Source of the DNA: an uncultured Chromatiales bacterium
Lineage (GTDB): Bacteria > Pseudomonadota > Gammaproteobacteria > SZUA-140
NCBI GenBank assembly: GCA_964437335.1
Contig: CAYTGL010000002.1
Location: 66,734-130,733, forward strand
Length of the DNA: 64,000 bases
Direction: 5' to 3'
Position numbers and translations under genes: made by a program. The notes under the pieces are model-generated. The model was not told the origin of the DNA and searched no databases. It was given only the letters and a program-made list of their open reading frames with translations. Numbering within the stretch: position 1 is the first letter of the stretch; the number at the start of each line of letters is the position of its first letter. Positions 57,707-64,000 of this stretch are shown piece after piece.

Positions 57707-58596
57707 CACCCGGCCTTGCCGAAGATCATGCCGACAGCATCCTCGAACTGGCTTTGCACTTGCGTGAGGATCCATGGCAATACCGTCACCGGGAGACGCA
57801 ACTGATCCCAGGCGCGCGCATCGAGCGGCGGGACGAAGCGTTCGCCGCCGGCGCCCGATTCGAGCGTGTGCGCAATGATGTCTGCGACATGGACGATCGC
57901 GGCGCCGATGTGGCAGGCGCCGTCCGGCGGACAGGGCCGGTGATGCGAGCCGACCGCGATCGCAAGTGATTCGGGCAGGTTCCAGCGCCGCAACAAAGCG
58001 GCGCCGACATCGGTATGATCGAAGCCGAGCCGGCGGCGTTCGACCCTGTACAGCAATTCGCCTTCCGCCGCGCTCTCGGCGACCAGCGCAGGAAAGCGGT
58101 CGGGCAGCTCGGTGGCCATCACCAGGCGTCCGACGTCATGCAGCAGGCCGGCAATGAAGTAGTGCTCGACGTTGACTTCGCGGCGACAGGTAGCGATGAC
58201 GCGCGCGGCAACGCCGCAGGCGACGCTGTGACGCCAGAACGCATCGAGGCTCAGCGCATCGTCTCCGCTATCATCAAACAGATCGACGACCCCGGTCACG
58301 ACCGCAAGATCACGCAACTGATGCGTGCCGATGATCGTAACCGCACGGGTGATCGTGTCGATCTTCGCCGGGAAACCGTAGAGCGCGCTGTTCGCAAGGC
58401 GCAGCAAGCGGGCGGTCAGCCCGGGGTCTTCACCGATGATTCGGGCGACGTCGCGGTTCGAACATAACGGGTCATTGACGACCGCGACGAGGCGCTCACA
58501 GACCGTCGGCAACGACAACAGCCTGCTGACGCCTGCAACCAGCGAGTGCGCGGTCAGGGAATCCTCTACGAACGCCTGTCTGTTCGGCGCGTTCAC
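57706..58596 (-). CDS. HDOD domain protein (paralog 3)
   Basis: 296 aa, [27 protein letters not shown]...[14 protein letters not shown]. Likely GTG start overlapping the upstream ORF stop (GTGA). Confidence 0.88.
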   Translation of the reverse strand: MNAPNRQAFVEDSLTAHSLVAGVSRLLSLPTVCERLVAVVNDPLCSNRDVARIIGEDPGLTARLLRLANSALYGFPAKIDTITRAVTIIGTHQLRDLAVVTGVVDLFDDSGDDALSLDAFWRHSVACGVAARVIATCRREVNVEHYFIAGLLHDVGRLVMATELPDRFPALVAESAAEGELLYRVERRRLGFDHTDVGAALLRRWNLPESLAIAVGSHHRPCPPDGACHIGAAIVHVADIIAHTLESGAGGERFVPPLDARAWDQLRLPVTVLPWILTQVQSQFEDAVGMIFGKAG

Positions 58597-58928
58597 AGTG
58601 CTTTCCGCAGCCGGAACCGGAACAGCTCCGCGATGACGGGATGGGACATGTCGGCATGGCGAAAGCGCGGCGCCAGGGATTCCCAGGCGGCCCGGTAGCG
58701 CTCGGCTTCGGCGTCCGCCGCGGGGTGATCATTCGCCACCGGTTCATTAACGGCGCCGTCGACACCGACCGAAAACACGCCCCAGGCCTTCAGCATGCGC
58801 AGGTGGTTCGGGGCGATGATCGTACCGGCCCCGAGTAATACGCGACCGTTCACATGGACGGCGTCGCGCGCGAGGACCATTCCGGGTTCGAGCTTGTCGA
58901 TTGTGATTTCGAGCATCGTCCAGTCCAC
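58593..58928 (-). CDS. Small hypothetical protein (DUF3391-like N-terminus), first gene of the signalling operon
   Basis: 111 aa. MLEITIDKLEPGMVLARDAVHVNGRVLL resembles the K-I-x-V-x-L-x-PGM-Y-V motif of the HD-GYP N-terminal DUF3391 domain. Confidence 0.5.
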   Translation of the reverse strand: MDWTMLEITIDKLEPGMVLARDAVHVNGRVLLGAGTIIAPNHLRMLKAWGVFSVGVDGAVNEPVANDHPAADAEAERYRAAWESLAPRFRHADMSHPVIAELFRFRLRKAL

Positions 58929-59135
58929 CTGCCGGCAGGGAACAGCGGGACCGGGGGCAGTCCCGGCCGCCTGTGGATTCTATCGGCGTGCCCGTCAAAG
59001 ACTTTAACAAGGTCAATGAGATACCGTGCCGCGCCGGGGCGTGGCCGCGGCCATTGCAATCGCCGCGGATTCCCCCCAGAATCGAAAACAGGAAACGGAT
59101 TCGTTCCACCGCTCGCAAACGAGAAGGAGGGCGCG

Positions 59136-59603
59136 ATGAAGATATCCGAAGTCATGACCACCGGCGTCATCAGCGCGCGTGAAGAAGATACCGTACGCAA
59201 GGTCATCGAATTGATGGTGATGCGCCACTGCGGATCGATCCCGATCGTCCGGGAGACCGACCGGCTGGTCGGCATCATCACGGTCCGCGATCTCCTGCTG
59301 CCGCTCTACCCGAACCTCGGCGACTACGTCCACGATAACGTCCGCGCGCGCGACTTCGAGGAGATGGAGATCGGTTACGGCAAGATGCTCGACCTCCCGG
59401 CCGCGGACATCATGACCCCCGACCCGATGACCGTGTCGCCGCAAGACCCGGTCCTCAAGGCCGCCTCCTACATGGGCCTCAAGAACCTCCGCCGCATCCC
59501 GGTCATCGACGAAGGCCGCCTCGTCGGCATGGTCAGCATCGGCGACATCAACCGCGGCCTGTTCCTGCGGCGGGGGTCGGACCGGCACATGCCATTGAGA
59601 TGA
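59136..59603 (+). CDS. CBS-pair domain protein
   Basis: 155 aa with two CBS motifs (MKISEVMTTGV..., ...AADIMTPDPMTVSP). RBS gagaaggagg. Confidence 0.9.
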   Translation: MKISEVMTTGVISAREEDTVRKVIELMVMRHCGSIPIVRETDRLVGIITVRDLLLPLYPNLGDYVHDNVRARDFEEMEIGYGKMLDLPAADIMTPDPMTVSPQDPVLKAASYMGLKNLRRIPVIDEGRLVGMVSIGDINRGLFLRRGSDRHMPLR

Positions 59604-59731
59604 ATTTCGCAGATCTGCTATTTGCGCGCGAGCGCGCGTTCCCCGAGCGGTAAAGCGCGTTGAGTCACCAGCGGCGACCTTCCCACGGGTTCCAAAGAAA
59701 TTTTCAACAGCAGGCCGTTCAGTCGCTTCCG

Positions 59732-62152
59732 ATGCGGATCGTGGCCAGGAAGTTCCGCTGTTCTGCGCTGATCATTGCCTTGCTCGCTTCAAGCGGTGCA
59801 GCTTCTTCCGCGACGGATGCTGCCGCGGCAACGGAAACCCGGTCCGGTTACCGGGAACCCGCCGCGGCGGTGACCGCGCTGCTCACCGCGCCTACCCCGC
59901 CTGAACCCTTGCTGCACGCCCGTTCAGGCCAGGTTGCGCTGCTCTTCCGGGAGCCCGTTATCAGCATCGCGCGTCTGGCCCGCCCGCACCTCGGCCTGGC
60001 CGGTTTTCGCTTCGACCCGGAATCGCAGACCTCGGGAGTCGCTCCGCTGATTTCGCGGATCGAGGTCGTGTCGTCCTCCGACCCGAAACGCGAGCCTTCC
60101 GTGTGGGTTCCCTCCGGGGACGCGGTGCTGGACTTCGTGCGTTTTTCCCCCGATGGCCGCACTCTCGCGGCCTTGTCCATTTCGGAAGGGCCGACGCGGC
60201 TGGTCGTATTCGATATCGCGAGCGGCCGGGAACAGGTGCTGAATACGCCGGTCAACCCGGCCTGGGGCGATCCCTGTCGCTGGGTGGGCAATGACGAATT
60301 GCTGTGCCGGGTCAATCCGGAAGATCGCGGCGCCCCTCCCGTCGAGCACCCGGCGCCCGCGGTGGTGGAGCATCTCGGCGGACCGGCGCCGATGCGTACC
60401 GCGCAGAACCTGCTGGAAAGCGTCTACGAGGACGAACTATTCGAGTATTACTTCAACGCTGAACTGGCCCGCATCGATCTTTCCGGCAAGCTGCGCCGCG
60501 TGCCGGGGCTGCATGGCCTGATCCAGAACCTGGAACCCTCGCCGGATGGCGCCTACGCGGTGGTGACGCGCATCCAGCGCCCGTATTCGCGACTGGTGCG
60601 CGCGAACCGCTTCCCGAGCTCGATCGAGCTCTGGGACCTCAAGCGCGGCGAGCGTTTGTATGCTTCCAGACTCAGCGGCTTCGGCATCGAGGGCGACGAA
60701 GATGACGAAGCGGACCAGGACCCGCGCCGCTCCACCTGGATGCCCGGAACGTCGAACACGCTGGGCTTCATCGATATAAGCCGCGACGCGGCCGGCAAGC
60801 GGGTGTACCGCTGGATGGCGATAACGGCGCCGTTCAAGGACACGCCGGTAGAGGTGGCCTCCAGCACCAAGCCGATCCAGCGTTTCGGCTGGAGCACCGC
60901 CGGCACTGCTTTTTTCAGCACACGTGGCGATTCATCTGAGGAAGTGAGCTACCAGGTGGTGCTGAAGGACGGCGTCAAACCGATCTGGAAAGGCGTTGCC
61001 GCGGACCGTTATGACAACCCGGGACGAGCGGTGCGGCTGGATGGCGCAGATGGCCCGGTGCTCGAAGCGGATGGCCGGATCTTCATCGCCGGCGACGGCT
61101 TGAGCGACCAAGGCCCGCGGCCTTTCCTCGACGTGTTCGACCTGAAGCAGCAGAAGGCGCAACGCGTATTCCAGGCCGACCCGGGCGTCTACGAAGCGGT
61201 GCTGGGCGTACTGGATGCGAAGCTGCCCACCTTCATCACCTCGCGCGAAACCGAAACCGAATCGCCGAATCTCTATCTGCACCGGGGCGCCAGTCGAATC
61301 GCGCTGCACAAGGTGCCCGACCCGTTTCCGCAGCTGGCCGGGACGACCCGCCGCGTACTGACCTATCACCGCGCCGACGGGGTAGCGCTCTCCGGCACGC
61401 TCTACCTGCCCGCGAACCGTCGCGAGGGCGAGCGGCTGCCGACGCTGATCTGGATCTATCCGACCGAGTTTTCGGATGCGGAACAGGCCGAGCAGATGGA
61501 TCTGCGCTTTTTCCGCTTTCACAAGGTGAAAGGGCCCTCGCCACTCGCAGCCGTCATCGCGGGCTATGCGGTGCTGCTGAATCCAACGGTGCCCATCATC
61601 CATGACGCCGGCGGCGCATCCAATGATTACATTCCGCAGCTCGTTGCCAGCGTCGAGGCGGCGGTCGATCACCTGGTCAAAATCGGCGTCAGCGATCCAA
61701 AGCGGTTCGCGGTGGCCGGGCGCAGCTATGGAGCATTTTCCTCGGCCAACCTGCTGATCCATTCCGATCGATTTGCCACAGGCATCGCGATGAGCGGCGC
61801 CTACAACCGCACCTTGACCCCGTTCGGCTTCCAGCATGAGCATCGCTCGTTCTGGGAGGCCACCGACTACTACACCAGCATCTCGCCGTTCTTCCACGCC
61901 GACAAGCTCAAGAAGCCGATCCTGCTGGTGCACGGCGGCAGTGATGAGAATCCGGGCACGATACCCTTCGGGGCGCGACGCTTTTTCCATGCGCTGTTGG
62001 GCGCGGGCGGTTCCGCGCGCTACGTCGAACTGCCCTATGAGGGCCATCATTACTGGGCGCGGGAAAACGTCCTGTTTGCCTCCGCGGAGATGCTCGACTG
62101 GCTGGAGCGCTGGATCGGACCGGGGGTCAGCGCTGCTCCGCCAGCACCGTAA
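59732..62152 (+). CDS. S9 family serine peptidase (prolyl oligopeptidase / dipeptidyl-peptidase-like; N-terminal beta-propeller, C-terminal alpha/beta hydrolase)
   Basis: Signal peptide MRIVARKFRCSALIIALLASS. Nucleophile elbow GRSYGAF, catalytic Asp/His region LLVHGGSDENPG...GHHY. Confidence 0.88.
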   Translation: MRIVARKFRCSALIIALLASSGAASSATDAAAATETRSGYREPAAAVTALLTAPTPPEPLLHARSGQVALLFREPVISIARLARPHLGLAGFRFDPESQTSGVAPLISRIEVVSSSDPKREPSVWVPSGDAVLDFVRFSPDGRTLAALSISEGPTRLVVFDIASGREQVLNTPVNPAWGDPCRWVGNDELLCRVNPEDRGAPPVEHPAPAVVEHLGGPAPMRTAQNLLESVYEDELFEYYFNAELARIDLSGKLRRVPGLHGLIQNLEPSPDGAYAVVTRIQRPYSRLVRANRFPSSIELWDLKRGERLYASRLSGFGIEGDEDDEADQDPRRSTWMPGTSNTLGFIDISRDAAGKRVYRWMAITAPFKDTPVEVASSTKPIQRFGWSTAGTAFFSTRGDSSEEVSYQVVLKDGVKPIWKGVAADRYDNPGRAVRLDGADGPVLEADGRIFIAGDGLSDQGPRPFLDVFDLKQQKAQRVFQADPGVYEAVLGVLDAKLPTFITSRETETESPNLYLHRGASRIALHKVPDPFPQLAGTTRRVLTYHRADGVALSGTLYLPANRREGERLPTLIWIYPTEFSDAEQAEQMDLRFFRFHKVKGPSPLAAVIAGYAVLLNPTVPIIHDAGGASNDYIPQLVASVEAAVDHLVKIGVSDPKRFAVAGRSYGAFSSANLLIHSDRFATGIAMSGAYNRTLTPFGFQHEHRSFWEATDYYTSISPFFHADKLKKPILLVHGGSDENPGTIPFGARRFFHALLGAGGSARYVELPYEGHHYWARENVLFASAEMLDWLERWIGPGVSAAPPAP

Positions 62153-62270
62153 GAATCGAATCCTGCATTTCGCGCTCGTCTTTGCGCCAGCAGCGTAGAA
62201 ACCATATCAGCCACCGGTTACCGTGGATCATCGCCGATCGATCCATTCGAAACATTACTTCCTTATTTTA

Positions 62271-62346
62271 TGGAGCTGGCGAGAGGAATCGAACCCCCGA
62301 CCGGCTGATTACAAATCAGCTGCTCTACCGACTGAGCTACGCCAGC
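62271..62346 (-). tRNA. tRNA-Thr (anticodon UGU)
   Basis: Reverse complement GCTGGCGTAGCTCAGTCGGTAGAGCAGCTGATTTGTAATCAGCCGGTCGGGGGTTCGATTCCTCTCGCCAGCTCCA folds into a cloverleaf: 7-bp acceptor, GTAGCTCAGTCGGTAGAGC D-arm, anticodon loop TT-TGT-AA, GGTTCGATTCC T-loop, encoded CCA. Confidence 0.9.
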
Positions 62347-62425
62347 GCTGTGGAAAGTGACCCGGCATTATACCCTGTCGCCGGGCTTGCTCCACACTGA
62401 CGACGGAAGCATACCTAGCGCCCGC

Positions 62426-63211
62426 TCAGCGGCAATCGACATCGCGCCACTCGATGCGCGGATCCATGTCGACGAGGGACGTGATCAGGCGTGTCATCGG
62501 GCGCAGGTCTTCGGCCTTGAGCGCGAGCCGCAGTGAATATGCGATCTCGGTACGGGTGCGCTCCCGCACGACCGGGACATATCCCTGCGCGATGATCTCG
62601 CGGCGCCGGTCCTCGAGCGTCGTCTGGCGGCTGTAGATGCCGAGCGAGATCGCGTGCGTGCCGTCTTCGAGCGGCGTGATCGCGATATCCTGGAGCCCCT
62701 TGTCATCCATCTCCCGCCGGATGCGCCGCGCCTCGGCGGCCGTATAGCGCCCCTCGAGCAGCACCCAGAAACCGGCCGGCACCTGACGACCGGTCTCCTC
62801 GATCTCCGCGTGGATCCCGGCCTGCACGGCAGTCCGGCGCGCGTCCTCGGCGACTTCCATTGATTCATACGGACCGGCAACGATACAGCGTTCGAGGATA
62901 CGCGCGGGTGATGCCGGCGCAGGCGGCGACGCAGGTCGCACGGGGGCGGGCGCCGGCAGTGGAGCCGGAGCCGGAGTCGGCACCGGCGCTGCCGCCGGCG
63001 GCGCCCCGGGCTCGGGCGGACGTTCGGTCAGTTGCGCGAGCGTCGTCTCCCGCTGCGCACGTTCAGAGAGCATCACCAGTTCCGCCACGCCGGGATCGGT
63101 CCGCGCAAAGACTTCCGCCGAGGCATCCATCTTCGAATAGGCGCCGAGCTGGAAATGCCAGGTGAAAAACGCGATGTTGCCGAGCAGCAGCAACAGGAAA
63201 AAAAATCTCAT
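62426..63211 (-). CDS. SPOR domain protein (DedD-like) with N-terminal TM and Pro/Ala-rich linker
   Basis: 261 aa; the C-terminal ~80 aa carry the SPOR fold pattern. ATGA overlap with coaX. Confidence 0.75.
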   Translation of the reverse strand: MRFFFLLLLLGNIAFFTWHFQLGAYSKMDASAEVFARTDPGVAELVMLSERAQRETTLAQLTERPPEPGAPPAAAPVPTPAPAPLPAPAPVRPASPPAPASPARILERCIVAGPYESMEVAEDARRTAVQAGIHAEIEETGRQVPAGFWVLLEGRYTAAEARRIRREMDDKGLQDIAITPLEDGTHAISLGIYSRQTTLEDRRREIIAQGYVPVVRERTRTEIAYSLRLALKAEDLRPMTRLITSLVDMDPRIEWRDVDCR

Positions 63212-63990
63212 GCGCTCTCCCCGGCCAGCACCACCAGACCATCCAGCACCAGCTCCGGCACATGATCATAACTTCCGGTCAACAGCGGCAGCACCGTCTC
63301 GGCATCCCCGCCGGTCAACAAGCAACGCACCCCGCCGTCCATCGCGGCCTGTACGTCGGCGGTGATCCGGTCGATCGAGGCGGCGATCGCATAACGCGTC
63401 CCGCCGATGACGCCGCCGGTCGTATCGCGCGCGAACAGCGGCGCATCGGCATCGCGCCCCGATCCCGCCCTGAATCCGGGTCCCGCATCAACTCCCGGGC
63501 GTATCCCCGCGGTACGCTCGATCAGTGACCGGCGCATCAACGCGAGCCCCGGGATGATCAGCCCGCCGAGATGCTCGCCGTCTGGCGCCAGCACGTCGAT
63601 CGTCAGCGCGGTACCGCAATCGATGACGCAGACCGGTCCATCGCAGGCATGGTGCGCGGCGATCAACGCGACCCAGCGGTCAGCGCCGAGCCGTTCGGGT
63701 TCGCGATAGGCATTGACGACGCCGCAGGCCGTGCGCTGCGAGACGACGAATTCGACGTCGAGCCCCCAGGTATCCTCGGCCCAGCCGGTCAGCAGTTCGG
63801 CAAAGCCGGCGCCGAGCACATTGACCGCGATGATGCGCCCGGGGCGCGGCAGCGGCGCCCAGGCCAGAGACAACGCCTGGACATCGCCGGCCTCACCGCT
63901 GTGCGCGATCGGCTCGCCGGCCTGCAGGACGCCGCCGACCAGACAGGCCCACTTGATCCGGCTGTTGCCGGCGTCGATGAGCAGGATCAT
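63208..63990 (-). CDS. coaX: Type III pantothenate kinase
   Basis: 260 aa, MILLIDAGNSRIKWA...VIDCGTALTIDV (ASKHA fold). Confidence 0.95.
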   Translation of the reverse strand: MILLIDAGNSRIKWACLVGGVLQAGEPIAHSGEAGDVQALSLAWAPLPRPGRIIAVNVLGAGFAELLTGWAEDTWGLDVEFVVSQRTACGVVNAYREPERLGADRWVALIAAHHACDGPVCVIDCGTALTIDVLAPDGEHLGGLIIPGLALMRRSLIERTAGIRPGVDAGPGFRAGSGRDADAPLFARDTTGGVIGGTRYAIAASIDRITADVQAAMDGGVRCLLTGGDAETVLPLLTGSYDHVPELVLDGLVVLAGESA

Positions 63991-64000
63991 GCCGGCACGC

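Noticed and set aside
62153-62270. Looked for additional tRNAs (Tyr/Gly/Thr, as in the thrU-tyrU-glyT-thrT-tufB arrangement) next to tRNA-Thr
   Set aside because: No further cloverleaf-compatible sequence or T-loop GTTCGAATC motif found. Only a TATAAT-containing promoter-like hairpin lies upstream of the single tRNA.
62182-62400. 72-aa ORF overlapping the tRNA-Thr gene
   Set aside because: The region folds into a canonical tRNA cloverleaf on the opposite strand, so the ORF is spurious.

Overview
High-GC gammaproteobacterial core-genome window with Pseudomonas-like synteny. In order: argB (5' part), algC-type phosphomannomutase, dut, coaBC, radC, rpmB-rpmG, argJ, secA, an M23 peptidase, a DUF721 protein and lpxC. 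Then comes the complete division/cell-wall (dcw) cluster on the minus strand (ftsZ-ftsA-ftsQ-ddl-murB-murC-murG-ftsW-murD-mraY-murF-murE-ftsI-ftsL-rsmH-mraZ), with many ATGA/GTGA start-stop overlaps. Its promoter/operator carries five GTGG direct repeats at 10-bp phasing (putative MraZ sites). Immediately beyond it lies an RNase P RNA gene (rnpB, minus strand) with its own terminator. Next come rsmI, lpoA-yraN-dolP (yraLMNP synteny), a GlcD-like FAD oxidase, sspB-sspA, a TraB/GumN protein, pirin, a secreted pentapeptide-repeat protein, an FAD oxidoreductase divergent from fpr, dsbB, mlaA, msrB, an Lpp/OprI-like lipoprotein, a LysM+SPOR L,D-transpeptidase, an HDOD protein, a PreP-like M16 peptidase, rnd and purT. 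A five-gene signalling operon follows: DUF3391-like small protein, HDOD, hybrid histidine kinase, CheY-like REC, HDOD. The window ends with a CBS protein, an S9 peptidase, tRNA-Thr(UGU), a SPOR protein and coaX. No phage, IS, integrase, CRISPR or obvious defence genes were seen. The most unusual signal is a four-copy intergenic repeat family: a ~52-nt conserved core with a GNRA-capped internal hairpin, embedded in long perfect inverted repeats whose sequence differs in every copy. Second is the cluster of three HDOD paralogs, two of them flanking a hybrid kinase and REC in one operon.
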